From Euprymna scolopes (taxonomy: Eukaryota), in assembly GCA_053919585.1 (NCBI GenBank), contig CM132792.1: a stretch of 64,000 nucleotides of DNA; one strand, 5' to 3'. Shown one piece after another: positions 1-13,094 of the stretch; within the stretch, counting starts at the first letter, position 1; each line of letters opens with the position of its first letter. The notes below the pieces were generated by a model, which had not been told where the DNA came from, made no database searches, and saw only the letters and a program-made list of their open reading frames with translations. The translations under genes and the position numbers were made by a program.

Positions 1-2980
1 ATTATATTTTCACCCCAAACAAGGCACAATGCCACTTTGTTGTAGGAGGCTACAATCAAAGACATAAGTTGCAGAGATACTATGTAGGGAGTTGAGCAGC
101 AAGATGTCGGTCCACATTACACTTGAACTTCTGCATATCAGTACAGTTGAGAACACAGAAACCCGGAAGGGAATTCCAAAGTCTACCACTACTGAGGAAG
201 AAACTATTACAGAGAAGGTTTTCTTACATTTAGGGATCTCTACTGTGAAGGGGGGACTTTGCTGCTTTTCGGGTTTGTCGGGGGTATTAATTTCAAGGGG
301 TAGCGGAGCATCCACCATTAAAATACTTGTAAAACAAGCCGAAGGATGCAACATTTCGTTGATGGACAGAGGTTGAAGCTTATATGGCAGTTCAGAACCT
401 ATAAGGTTTGCGACTCTCTTTTGAACTTTGTCCAGGTGTGAGTGACTAGTAGCAGGTGCACCAGCCCAAATGTGACAACTACACTCCATATATGGACGAA
501 TGGCGGCCTTGTAGAGGTATAGGATACTTTGAGGCATAAGTAACTTTCTAGCAGGTAGGGAGAGCCCACCTTCTTCGCAGTAGTCTTGCCAATGCTTTCG
601 ATATATCTGTTCCAATAATTGTTCCCTGTGAACGTTAAGTCAAGTAATGTATCTTTAACCATAGCTATTGATGCCTGAGAAGGTTTCTTATAATTATTAA
701 TGGAAACGAGCTTAGTCTTAGCAGCATTGAACGTTACCATGAATTTTTGTCCCCATTCAACTACAGACTGGACTCTGGGTTTTCCGCCATTGCCTTGAAT
801 ATGTGTTCATTCCTTTTCCTCTTGTGCCTGTTATAGAGCGTGATGTTTTAAGCAGATATACCCATCTCAGACACAATTTTATCAGAGGTAATTTATGAGT
901 ATCAGGAATAATAAAGGTTCAAGGATCGATCCATGGGGTACATCCGCATTTATATAATATTTTTAGACTTACAACCATCGAGGACAACCTGGATTCTTCT
1001 CTTGTTTAAGAAGAATTTAATTATGTCGAGTATTCGTCCAGTAATGCCATATGATCTGATTTTCATGAAGATCATCGTGCCATACCCTGTCAAAAATCTT
1101 ATATATATATTTAGGGCTATTGCCTTCTCCTCCCCTACCTTATCCAGTGCATGGTATATACGGTCAGAGATTACAGTTAGAATATCTGCAGTCGAACAGG
1201 CTTGCCTAAATCCATATTGATGGTCAGACAAAAGTTTAGCAAATGTAAGGTGGTGGACTAGAGCTTGATTAATTATGGACTCAAATATTTTGGCGAAAAG
1301 AGGAAGGAGGCTAATGGGGCGATAATTTAATGGGTGAATTCTTTCGCCAAAATTCTTGTAAACTGGTAACACAAAAGCAGTTCTTTACCAATCAGTAAAA
1401 CATGATTCGTTAAGGCACTTGAAGATTTTGAGAGAACTGGAGCAACCTCAGCGGAGCATTTTTTTTAATAGTAAAGCCGGGTTGAGATCAGATCCACATG
1501 CTTTTAAGGTGTCTATGTGTTTTATGATGTCATGAACTTGAGAAGGGGTTATTTTCAGATCATCTAGTGTGGTTTCTGTCTGCAAAGGAAAATCAGGGAG
1601 GGAGTACTTTGCTGGGTTCAAAGTAGAGTTTGAGGCAAACTGACGGGCAAGAATGCTAGCTTTTCTGGGTTGCCATGCAAACAATCTCGTGATTGTTGGA
1701 TAGTGGGAGAATTGATGATTGCCTATTATTTACTACACTGTTGTAGATTTTCCAGAAATTTACGAGTTCCTAATTTCTGCGCTTCAATGCGTTTTCTGGT
1801 GGTTTCAATATATTCGCTCTTAGCTGTCGCTACTTCTTTCTTACAATTACTTCTACCTTCCATAAACTTTTGTCTGTTTTTACTGGACTTATGCTGGATA
1901 AATCCTCGGTATGCATGATGCCTCTGAGTAATGGCAGCTGCGCAAATAGAAGTAAACCATTAGGGAGAGTTGGGTTTGCTATAGAACTTCCGTATGGGAA
2001 CATGTGCTTCTGCTGTTGCTTAAACCATCCAGTGGTCTCATTTGCGCAGTGTTCCTAAAAAAGAGAAAAGATATTATCCCAAGGGGTATCTCTGATGTGA
2101 TCTCTAATTGCATTCCAGTCAGTCGTATTGTATTACCTTGCCGTTTTGAACAATGGCTCTTCAACTTGGGGTCGAAAGTTTAGAGTGATGTCTCTCATTA
2201 TCAGCATGCACAGCATTCCCAAGTGAGCAATGGACATTTATTACACAATCCTCAAGAACTGTTGTCAGAAATAGATTCAGAGGTGAGGCTTGTTGGTACT
2301 GACGATCTGGTAGACGGGTCGGAAATATTACTGTCTGTGTCGGAGAATGAGATATAGAAAAGTTATGGATGATGCTACCAACTAAGTCTGTGTAGTTATA
2401 GAAGCCAAGCCAATTATTGTGGTGGGCGTTAAAGTCATCAAATACATGTATTTGGGCGCTAGTGTCAAGGGAGAGTGCTACATCTATGCTGTCAGAGACA
2501 TGATTGATTAGAGTACAGTCCTGGGTCGAGGGAGAGCAATAAAGAAAATATAGGCACTAACGCTATGTTGTAAAGTTAGTTTAATGCACATGAAGACCTG
2601 GTAATCTGATTCTACTTTAGATTCTCTAGTCATGGGGAGAGTCTTACGAATAAAGATCCAAGTCCGTCTATGTGTCTTTCAGAAAGTGGAAGATAACCAG
2701 ACATGTTAAAGATGTTAGAGAGGATGGAGGAGAGAAAGTTAGTTTCACTAAATGCATCCGAGGAGTGTACTAGGAGAAATGATTTAACATCATCCAAGTT
2801 AGTTCTAAGTCCACGGATATTTGTAAATACAAGCATGAAGTGGGGGGGGGCGAATCTTTGTTCGAGTGTGTGTCTAGTTTGATCGTTATTTTAGATTGAG
2901 TTGTCATTGCATTTTATTTCATAGTTTCAGTTTAGGGTGAGAGCTGCTAGACAAAGTGGATGTGCATAGCTACTTCTGTA
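1..2980 (-). mobile_element. CR1-group (Daphne/BMC1-like) non-LTR retrotransposon, near full length, degenerate (APE + RT)
   Basis: Broken minus-strand frames give the APE start FTNIRGLRTN..SETN (2836), NYRPISLLPLFAKIFE / DHQYGFRQ (950-1372) and YKAAIRPYMECSCHIWAGA (10-615). The 3' UTR GTGGCATTGTGCCTTGTTTGGGGTG matches the copy ending at 43.56 kb. Confidence 0.92.
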
Positions 2981-3022
2981 TTTATGTTATATTGTTGAGG
3001 TGTATATATATATATATATATA

Positions 3023-3352
3023 TACATTTGCAATTTGCCTTTACATAAACAGTAATTTGTTACTACACAGTCATGAGCATGTTTAGGTCTTCTAGTATTT
3101 AGTAACTAGTGACCTCTTCAGGCAACAATGCTTATTTTCAAAAGTGGAATTATTAAAGAATTATTACCTGAAGAGGTCTCTAGTTACTAAATACTAGAAT
3201 ACCTAAACATGCTCATGACTGTGTAGCAACAAATTACTGCTTATGTAAAGACAATTGAAAATGTAACTTGCTCTCCTCCGTATTGAGCACTCTTGTATTA
3301 ACCTCGTTATATTTCACTGGTTACTCTACCTTTGAAAAACAGCAACCTCAAA
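3023..3352 (+). mobile_element. Penelope-like fold-back remnant with degenerate hammerhead motif
   Basis: Inverted arms of about 100 bp (3023-3125 / 3162-3265) plus a unique tail. CTGAAGA-GGTC..stem..ACC-TAAAC at 3168-3208. TA-rich flanks. Confidence 0.6.
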
Positions 3353-3384
3353 TTATATATATTTATTGGGTGTCTACATCCGTG

Positions 3385-4195
3385 TGTTACATGATAAGGG
3401 CTGTCCCCTTTTCATGTAAGTATAAAAATAGAGAGTTTAGTTAAAATGAAAATGAAATAGCAATAGACGAAATTCGAATCTCGTAATTTAGGTTTAGAAA
3501 TAGATTACGTGTGAGAATTTTAAAATGTAAAACAAACGTTTGTTTAGAATAGAGATAAAATATTTCAAGAAAAGAATGTGAACTGTCAAGTTTGTTATGA
3601 AATTTTAAATTGAAAGAATGCAGCTTATAAGATAATGTTTTTAACATATTGGAAAAATAGGTTACTGAGTATAGGTTAAAATTCCTTTTGTAGAAAACGG
3701 AAAAGTTTTGGACACGCATGTCCAGAACACGTGAAAGAAGGCACATGTTTTAACATATGTATGACGTGACGGAAAATAAAAAGTTCTAGGGATAGAGAAA
3801 AACTTTAGTTAGAAGAGACAGTCAGTGAGAAACTCAGAGAGAGTCCTAACGTCTAGAAGCGAGACGATCACTTTGAAACTAAAATGTGAAGCTTTGAATT
3901 CTTGATGATGGAAATCACGGCCGGTCGTGTGAAGAATAAACTCAACTGTATTTTGTAGAACGTCGTCTTGTGTTTGTGATTCCTACAAAAAGGTAAATTG
4001 TATTGTCATAATATGTCTGTGTTATAAAATGTCGTGACATACACATCTCATTTCTACACAATGTCTAAGCAGTGAACACTGTGTCCTCACTCCAAGAGCT
4101 TCTTCCTCTTCTTCTTCCATAAACACAATTAAGGAATGAACATTTAATATATAGGAATCGTTATAAACGAACAATCTCTCTGTCTCTTACAACAA

Positions 4196-4264
<69 letters not shown>

Positions 4265-4342
4265 CTTTCAACATTCCTCTTAAACACTCTCTTCTAAGAC
4301 TGCGCGTATAATAAGACTCTCTCAATGAACCCCTATATAACA
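3385..4342. mobile_element. TGTTA...TAACA element (solo-LTR-like or Ginger-like non-autonomous) with 4-bp TSD
   Basis: CGTG|TGTTAC ... ATAACA|CGTG, with TSD at 3381-3384 and 4343-4346. AATAAA near 3935 and an internal (CT)n tract. Confidence 0.75.
4199..4260. repeat. (CT)n microsatellite
   Basis: Direct reading. Similar tracts lie near 14.43, 34.91, 45.47 and 45.73 kb; (TA)n near 21.2, 21.7, 45.25, 48.95, 49.85 and 63.33 kb; (AAT)n near 44.55 and 46.15 kb. Confidence 0.98.
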
Positions 4343-4394
4343 CGTGTATCGTCTAGTGGTATGAAATGTACTTCTAATGAATGTGTACCGAATT

Positions 4395-4724
4395 ACCGAT
4401 TCCGTACTAAATTCCCGATTCCCATACAGTTACCGATTCCGAGTCTTTATAGATCTCTAATTATTTTACTATAAGATTGTTATTTCCCCCGATTTTCGTA
4501 AAAAAGATATTTATATAATTTACTGGTAATTGAAAATCAATAAATATTTATTATTTTATCATTATTACAAGCAATGAAAATGTTGGTTTTTAAAAAGAAT
4601 TAACTAAAAAAACAATTAAAAGAATCGTTTTGGTATCGGAAAATAGGAATCAATTTTTCCGATTACGATACTCTCAAATCTGATTTTTCCGATTCCCGAT
4701 TCCGTTTAATCGTCCCAACACTAG
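4395..4724 (-). mobile_element. Non-autonomous DNA transposon end with CCGATTC subterminal repeats (hAT-like terminus TAGTGTTGGGACGATT)
   Basis: Reverse-complement match to 21293-21693; weaker copy at about 60730-60868. Confidence 0.6.
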
Positions 4725-6071
4725 TATGTATATTTAACTTCAATTCATGACGGGACAAGAATATACATAAATACCTTTACAATATAAAGGACTAATAACA
4801 CTTATTTGGGTTCAACATCCGGCCAATCAGAAATATATCTGGTTCATCTTTGGTCTTGTTTGACGGAAAGCTGCAATGGAAAGTCTTCCCAAAATGTGAC
4901 AGAGTCTCGGATTTCATTTTCGGTAACATTTTACTCGAGTGTTTTCCCCTTTTGGAAAGTCGCCATTTCTGATCCCCTCTTCTTGGAGCCATGACGATCT
5001 GAAGATCGTCCCTTTCCCTCTCTCGACTCTAAACAAGCAAAGACAGTTACATTTTTTTTTTTTTACAAATAAACCGCGCCGGAGACTTCTTGAATCAGTG
5101 CTTATCGCAAATTTAAGCACTGTTAAACAACGTTGAGGTTTCTATAATATAGCGCCATTTATAATTAAACTTCTATTAAAATAACATAATTTAATTGTAG
5201 ATATAGGTTAACCCTCTCACACCATAGAAACACCTCCTATTAATACATATCTCAATCAATAAGTTACATTAGAAAAACACACTAATTTCTTTTTTTGTTA
5301 CACACCTATATTTGAATTTGAACAGACATATTTTTCCCAAAAAGAATATTAACTGCGTTCATATTATTTAAAAACATATTAATATATGACGTTATTAAAA
5401 AATCTCCCTATCTTTAACAACCCAAGCTCCCCTCATTTTTTTAATGTTCAACGTCTTTTTTCCGTTTCCAAAATAGAACAGCGTCACACTTTGCACTTGA
5501 AAAAACTTTTCGAATATTTGTACTGGTGTTTTTGTTTTCTTAATCTCATTCATCCAGAGGAAGTCTCGAAATAAAGACGACACGTTGGTGAATACATAAC
5601 ACAGTTTGTTCCTTTTCATTTATTTATAAATATATTTAAATGCTTTCAGATACAAACTCAATTTATGCGCGATGATATCAATAGGATAACAGAAAAGCTT
5701 GAGTATTACGGCACTTGGGTTGTCGTCAAGGGTTTCTTATCTTTCATTGTTTTCTCGCGGTTCAACAAGTATGTGTCTATCGATGATAGATTTGCCAAAT
5801 AATGTATTTCCATTTAAAATAGAAAACAACTTACTCTTATTTTTCGAAGTGGGGAGCAAACATATATTTAATTTTTATATACTGAAATCATGAAATTTAG
5901 ATTTTTATATTTGCAAATCACACAAAACCTTAATATTTGACTTTCAATTAAAATATCCCATTGTTTACGTCAATTTAAAAAATTAACATCAAATCGAGAA
6001 GGCAATTGTTATTTAAATGTAACTTTAGAACATTAATGCAACACAAATACAATAGAAACACAATGAACTAT

Positions 6072-7088
6072 CTAATATTTAGTAGCATAACCGTTCTGAA
6101 ATTTGACAGTCTGCAATCTTTTGGAGATTCCTTGAATAAGTCTGAAGCGATACTCCAGTGATGTAGCATCTTATTTCTCTTTAATTTTTATCCAAATTTC
6201 TTCCAAATTTGAAATTGTATCATTGCGTAACTGTTACTTGATGTAATGCAATACGCTTTCGATAGAATTGAGGTCTGGAGATTGTGCAGGCCAATCCAAA
6301 CACGGAATATCATGCTCTTCAATGAACCTCTTGACATTGCCAGCTGTGTGGATGAGAGCATTATCCTGCATTAAAATGGGATTACAATCTAAATTCCGAC
6401 CAAAGTAGGGTACAAAATGCTTAGTCAACATATTAATGTGCTTGGTCGAATTAATTCGACCTTGCAAGCAACCTATGGGCCCTAGACCATTGGTACTAAT
6501 ACCGCTTTACACCAAAACTGAACCTCCACTATCTTGCAGCGTTGAAACTGAGCATCTAGGATTAAATACTTTGTCCTTCCTTCGACAGACATACTGCCTA
6601 CCATCACTGTCTAGCTTATTGAACTTGTTTTCGTTGCAAAACAAATCACTTTCGACCAATATGAAGAGTTATGATCTTGATTGCATCTGACGAAGTCCCG
6701 ACTGCTCTTTCTGTTCTTTACAGAAATCATTAGCTTGCGTCTTGCAACACAGCCTTGCAAATTAAAATCCTTCAATCTGTTCTTAACTGTAGAAAGAGGG
6801 CATCTTTTAACAAGATTACACTGTTTTCGGATTTTAAGAGCCGTTTCAAATCTGTGTCTTAGGCTGCGGATCTTGATAGTATTGTCTCCCATGTAAGAAT
6901 TAATTCTAGGATGACCAGATTTAGAAGCATCACTAACACTGCCGGTGTTTTAGGTGCTTTTCCACAGTTATTCGTACCGTTTGCTCATCACATTTCAATC
7001 TATGGTCGATTTATCGATCGAATAAACTAGAAAGGTTGAGATTAATGAGCTCCTGACGATCACTAAGAGAAAGTCAAGGTATATGGAC
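6072..7088 (-). pseudogene. Tc1-family (DD34E) transposase pseudogene
   Basis: STVKNRLKDFNLQGCVARRK, WSKVI, QDNALIH..WPAQSPDLNSIE and C-terminal GYATKY*. Frameshifts and stops present; the first catalytic D appears mutated. Confidence 0.9.
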
Positions 7089-7452
7089 TAAATGTTACGT
7101 TGTATAACTTAAAACAACAGCAATTACGATTAGAGATGTTTTGTTGCTTAAAAGGTGAGTACTTTAATCTGGTTTTAAGCTCATTTGTTGCTTCTCGATT
7201 TTAAGGAGGTTTTTATGAACCCTAGTATACTGCAATTAAAAATCAAATATGAACAGGTAAAAATATAAAAGAATAAAAGGCGAATCAAATTAGGCATAGG
7301 TTGTTTAAACAGTTGCAGTTAAGTTTGTTTAAATTTACTGTTTTTGAAAAAATTGCAAGTGCGGAATTTTTTTTTTTTTGGCGCCACAATATGAACACAA
7401 ATTTTGTTGAACAACACATAATTTTTCTGCTTAATCTTTTATAATTAATTAT

Positions 7453-7836
7453 CGTGTGTGCCAGTGTTTGTAGGTGTGTGTTAAGCAACAAAAAAATGTT
7501 GTAATAGGCAGGCAGGCGTGAACCCGTGACGCGAAGGTGTAAAAAAAGGTGTGTGTAGGGTGTTGGTTGAGCAAAAAAAAAAGGAGAAATTGCGAGCGCA
7601 AAAAAAGAAGTGGTAGTAGACAGGCAGGCTCAAACCCGTACCGCAAGGTGGAAAAGGGCGTAAAAAAGAAATCGTGACGTCTTTGCTGTTGTGCCCATCG
7701 CCAAACCGGAAGTGACGTAGGTTTAAATTAAGGCTAGGCAATCGAAAAGAGGCGATGACTTTAAAAAATATCAGTGAAAAAAACGAGCCCTTCCTGTAGA
7801 AAAGTGCCCAGTTGAGGGTGAAGGAATTAATGTTTT
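7453..7836 (-). mobile_element. Non-autonomous Helitron-like fragment
   Basis: Colinear with 47030-47300 and 60130-60270 (GGAAGTGACGTAGGTTTAAATTAAGGCTAG, GAAAAGTGCCCAGTT). Confidence 0.7.
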
Positions 7837-8164
7837 ATGTAAAGCAGATGAATTCTGTATTATTCAGTGACGTTCGTTTTAATAAAAAATGTGTTGCATA
7901 ATTACACTCAAACAATATATTTTACTAATGGGGACACTGCTTATCAATGCCTAAGAGCAATTCGAGGATAATGGCTAATGAGTGTCGGGTAAATTGTGAG
8001 ACAAAACCGTGGTAATCGGTACTGAGGTAACTTGGGTAAGGTTTAATTATTTAAGAGGATGGCTGAACAAAATCTTATTTACATTAGATTTTAAAACGAC
8101 CACGTTATAGTTAGCTGGAAGGCAGTCTTATTTTTGTTTCACAGACATACTTTTTCAAAAATGA

Positions 8165-8490
8165 AAATTTTCTGCTATGATTCTGATTATTTGTCCGCAA
8201 GAACCCGTGGCGCAGTGGATAGTGTACTTAGTTAAATTCATTTGTAAAAGTGGCACCTTTTGGAAGTTGAAGGTCTTGATGCGAGCGACCCAAAATACAA
8301 TTGCTAATTACTTTGGACTTCTATCCTTTTATGTCCAGAGTTAGACCAAAGGATGTTTGGTTTCGACAAGACACACCTGAAGGAGATCGGTAGTTACATC
8401 GACTGAAACGTTGTGCAAATTACACTCAAAATGGGGACAGTCATTCGAAGAATCCGAATAATACGAATGAACTAAGCTTATAAAATTTTT
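8165..8490 (+). mobile_element. tRNA-headed, hammerhead-tailed SINE-like element (diverged subfamily)
   Basis: Head CCCGTGGCGCAGTGGATAG at 8204. CACAC-CTGAAGG..GAAACGTTGTG at 8372-8415. Tail resembles the 17.3 and 40.7 kb copies. No clear TSD. Confidence 0.6.
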
Positions 8491-8637
8491 GTTTAGTTCT
8501 AGGCACTGGAAATTATGGACACCTGCGACTAGACGAGTTTTTGTTGCAAATGTTTTGCAGTCGAATACTTGCCATGAAAATAACAGAGATAAACTCGCAG
8601 CGTCTCTTCTGTAGAAATAGAGAAAGTAGGGAGGCGA

Positions 8638-8840
8638 NNNNNNNNNNNNNNNNNNNNNNNNNNNNNNNNNNNNNNNNNNNNNNNNNNNNNNNNNNNNNNN
8701 NNNNNNNNNNNNNNNNNNNNNNNNNNNNNNNNNNNNNNNNNNNNNNNNNNNNNNNNNNNNNNNNNNNNNNNNNNNNNNNNNNNNNNNNNNNNNNNNNNNN
8801 NNNNNNNNNNNNNNNNNNNNNNNNNNNNNNNNNNNNNNNN
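8638..8840. other. Assembly gap (others at 20902-21170, 23978-24105, 24182-24376, 53376-53505)
   Basis: Runs of N. Confidence 1.
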
Positions 8841-9834
8841 GATTATAAATGTTGTATCTATTTTATCCGTTAATTGCTCTTTTGAAATTACAAAAATATT
8901 AGAAAAGAGTAGATTAAGTTATATATTTTTTTCCAAATCTTTTTATTCTTCCATTATTATTTAAGCTTTCCGGTTCAACCTTATAATAGATGGGTCGAAC
9001 TGTAATCACATATAAGCACATATAAACACCTGTCAAAAGAGAGAGATACGAATAGCTGAACAATCTTCCTCGGCGTTGAACGTGGAATAGAAAATTTGAA
9101 GGATATAAGCGTGAACAAAATTAGTTTTGATCACGCGTAGGGATGAGAACATCACAGAGTCTATAGAGTATAGCATTACTCATCTTACAAGGAATGCATG
9201 CACAAGAGGGTGCTTCGATCTTTGTTTATATCCGACTTTGTCAAGTGGCACTAAGATTGGCAACTATAAAAGCCGAAACACAAAAAGATTTTCTCTTCTT
9301 TTTTTTTGCCTCACTTCACACATTGCACGATGGATCGATTCTGATGACTTGGATCTCTGAAACATTTCTGCTTTACTTGCGCGTACGTTCTTGATATGTG
9401 AAATACAGTCCTACAATTTTTTCACGCACACATGCACATCTTATCTTAAAGACTCTTCTTGATTCATTCGGGTGTTTTACGCAAAAGATTTTACTGTAAG
9501 CAAACCTATCTCAGCTGTGTAAAGTTAATATTTGACTTTTAAATTCCCTCGTCTTGCAACGCATGAGGCAGCTGAATGATGCCATCCAAAATAAACATGT
9601 TATTTTAAATATTATACCATCTAAAGTATTTTAGTATTTTAAATATATCGTCTTTGTTTTGTTCTTTGTTTTATGTTTTGCTTGTTTGATCAAAAATATG
9701 ATAGACGGTGTTTAAGTGTCCACATAGACAAAGAATATTATGATTCGTTATGTTATGTATTAAATTCTTATTTAACTTGGTTCTATTGTTTACGTGGATA
9801 GTATTAATAAACAAGTGATTAGTATGTAATATTT

Positions 9835-12695
9835 TTTACTCGGGAGGTTACTCTAGGATAAGAGTAAAGTGTTAGGTAGAAAGGGAGACAAGAAGAGTTA
9901 TTATGAAACTTAGCTAGGGCTAGATTGTCTAAGAGGACGGCACAATAGGAATTTATTCCCATTAGATTTGAAGATGACCATATTATAGTCAGACGGAAAA
10001 TAGGCGGACGGTATTGCGTTTCACAGGCGGACAGTTCTAAAAAAGAAACTCTTCTCGTGGAATTTTCATTTAGTCTTATGCACAGATGGGGAGTGAGTTA
10101 AGGAGTTGGCGATTGTTGCAGCTATGCGAGTGTTTGTTGCAAACATTTTACGGGGAAGAACCATAGATTAAAGATAGGTCGAGCACCTGTCATAAAATTA
10201 ACGATAAAGCACGGACAGTTTCGCAACATCTCTTCGGTGCGAAAGTGAAAACAGAATGGTGAACAGGTCATTGCCACTAAATTTCGAAGATGGTTTTGTA
10301 TTCTGTCAAGGCAGGAAAGGGTGCTCTTAGGAACTCCACCCCAAATGTTGTAACAGGACTCCAGTTTAGGACTATTTGACTCATGCATAAGTAGAGGATT
10401 GTGTCGGTGATAAGATACTTCCTGGGGCATCTTTCTAGAGCATTATTCTAGTAATTTTAACAACGGATCAGATGTGAATCTTCCATTTCCAGTCGGGGGT
10501 AAAGGTTAGTCCAAGGAGTTCATCGAATAAGGGTTAGGGTTAGGGTTAGGTTTCTTCAAGGCGAGATCCGTTTATTTCAGCTGGGCCAAGTAGGGATTTG
10601 AGTATTGGTGGTGAAAATATAGAAGTTTGGTTTTGGATGCATTAAAGATAACTAGACATTTTTTCGCACCCGATCTGGTCGTAGGAGAGAGAATCAAAAA
10701 GATCCTGATCTTTTTCAACCTTTGAAGTGTTGCCATAGATGGTAGTATCCTCTGGATAAATGTCGCTGAATTACTGAGAAATGTAATTTGGGAGATCGTT
10801 GATAAAAATTGGTACGAAAGTTGGGCCCAGAATGGATCCATGAGACACTCTAGTGTAGCCTCGGATTTCTGCCTACCAACGAGTACTTTAATAAACCTTT
10901 CCGATAGAAAGGATTTTATAGTTAAGAGGACATGTCCAGCTATTCCGTAGCTGGAAATCTTATAAAATAAACCTTTGAGCCACATCCTATTAAATGGCTT
11001 AGATATGTCAAAAGCTATTGCTCTAGAACGAAGCCCTTGTAAGTAGATTCACTGATCCTCTGTGTTATTATCGTCAGCACATCAGCAGTTGATCGCTCAG
11101 AACGGAAACTCTACTGCGTGTCGCTGAATAGGTTGTTTTTGTTGAGGTGATTGACAACTTTGCTATTTATCACGGACTCAAGCAACTTGCTCCTGACGCA
11201 CGGAGCCTGATTGATCTGTACTGAGATGCAGAAGACCGCTCCCCGATATTTTTTAAACACTGGGCAGACAACTGAGGTTTTCAAAAAGTATTGGGAAGCA
11301 TATTTCTTTAAGGCAAAGTTTGAACAACTTTGTCAGTGTTAGAGCTAGTTCAGATTGCAATATTTTGAGCACAATGATTGGAATGTTTGCAGGGTCATTT
11401 GTTTTGATAGAATCAATGTTTTTGTTAAGTTCGGAGACTTACTGCACAGTTATATGGATATCGCTAAGAGTATTGTCAGTCTTGGGATGAAATTCAAGTG
11501 GTAGGCGCCCGTTAGGGTAGGGTTTGATGCCAAGTTCTAAGTGAAAAGTAAAGCCGTATCGGATGGTGAAGTAATCACCTCCGATTCGTTAATAATGGTT
11601 GAGATGGATGTTACGTATCTGTTCAGAGCCCTGTTTATTATGCGATAAAACTCGTGGGAACTTAGCCTCTGGTCAGCTATATTAGTCCTAACAGTTAAGG
11701 CAAAACAGTCTCTCTTATTTTCAATAACCTTTCGGCAGTGATTGGAAGAAATTCTGTATGCGGCTGTAGTGTCTCAACACGTTTCGTTTAAAGCAACTAA
11801 ATAGTGATTTCTATGTACAATTGCAGCAGTGCATTCAGGTGTGAATCACGATTGGCTATTTGGTTTAATGTAAAAAGAATTTAGAGGTGTCAATAGTTAT
11901 CTAATCTGTCAAGTCGGATGCTGCAGAAGTTTCATCCTTTTTAAACATGGCCAATGGGGGTATATTTGATATGAACATGCGGAACACAATGCCGTAAAAA
12001 AGGACACCTGGGGACTCTAAGTTTTAATCCTTATTTAAATAACTGAGTGATCGGAAGATCCCAGCGGAGACGTTACGGGGGATGAACACAGTTGAAGGCA
12101 GGTGGTTAGAAAACTACCTATAAGGCTTGCAAAACGGTCATCAGAATCTGGAACGCGAGTGGGCTCGTCCACCATCCAGGTTAGGAAAAATAATAACTGA
12201 ACGATATTTCATAATCTGTCTTATTTGAGTGAACAACTCATTCGCATATGTGAATGTTGGCTAAGGAATAGGATGTGGTTAATCTTGTGGTCGATACTCT
12301 CAAAGATTGTGATACCATCGTTGTGGGGGGGGAGTATAAAGCAAATAAGAAAACAGTACTGTGACTCGGAAGCACATATAGAGTAGTTTTAGGTCTTCTT
12401 TGGTGATGGGCTTGCCGCAAGAGAAGTCATCCTTAATATAAGGACATATTCCATGTCTGTGTCGGTGATGAGGTTCAGGTTTAGAAATTAAGGTAGAATA
12501 ACCTTGGATCGAAAATTCATCAAAGCAGGAAGTTGTGCCAATGCCAGTTTCGCAAAGAAACGGTAGGTTAGATTTAGTCTGCTGCAATTGGATTTCAAGC
12601 TCTGTAAGGTTGGAACGTAGACCGCTGATGTTGGAGAAAGAGATCTGGAAAAATAAATAAAATAATGGATCATTTTCGTTGCCATTTTCAATCAT
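9835..12695 (-). mobile_element. Second CR1-group LINE family, near full length, degenerate
   Basis: APE FSNISGLRSN..LCETG (12300-12695), ISSYGIAG..IKSFLSERFIKV, FNASKTKLL and PKLESCYNIWGG..LDRIQ. Poly(A)-like end near 9835. Confidence 0.88.
10529..10551 (+). repeat. Short interstitial (TTAGGG)n tract inside the LINE ORF
   Basis: AAGGGTTAGGGTTAGGGTTAGGT. Confidence 0.8.
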
Positions 12696-13094
12696 TTAAT
12701 ACACGATTATTATAACCCCGCCTTATATTTCGCCAAATAAATACCCATATGAACAGAAAAAGGTAACTAAAAAGAACTGTAATGATCAGTGACATTTTTG
12801 CGTTTTCTCACATCGGACGAAAATGGAGTTGAATCAGCAAGATCGCGCTATGAAACGGGTGTTACTCTAGTTATAATTAATTCGCGTTTTTATGCTTTTC
12901 TTTGGTGAAATATAAGTTCTCAAGCATATTGGCATCTGCACTTTATAGAAGTCCTTATATTGACTTATATTTGATGAAAAACATAAAACATATTACAGTT
13001 ATACCATACATACATTACAGCCCAATTTTAGGGGTCAAATGAGTTATTAGTTAATAGCGAAAAACAGGTTGCCGAAGGATTAGCATAATCCAGT

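Noticed and set aside
4792-4992. 66-aa basic ORF on the minus strand
   Set aside because: Short, with no recognisable domain or splice support.
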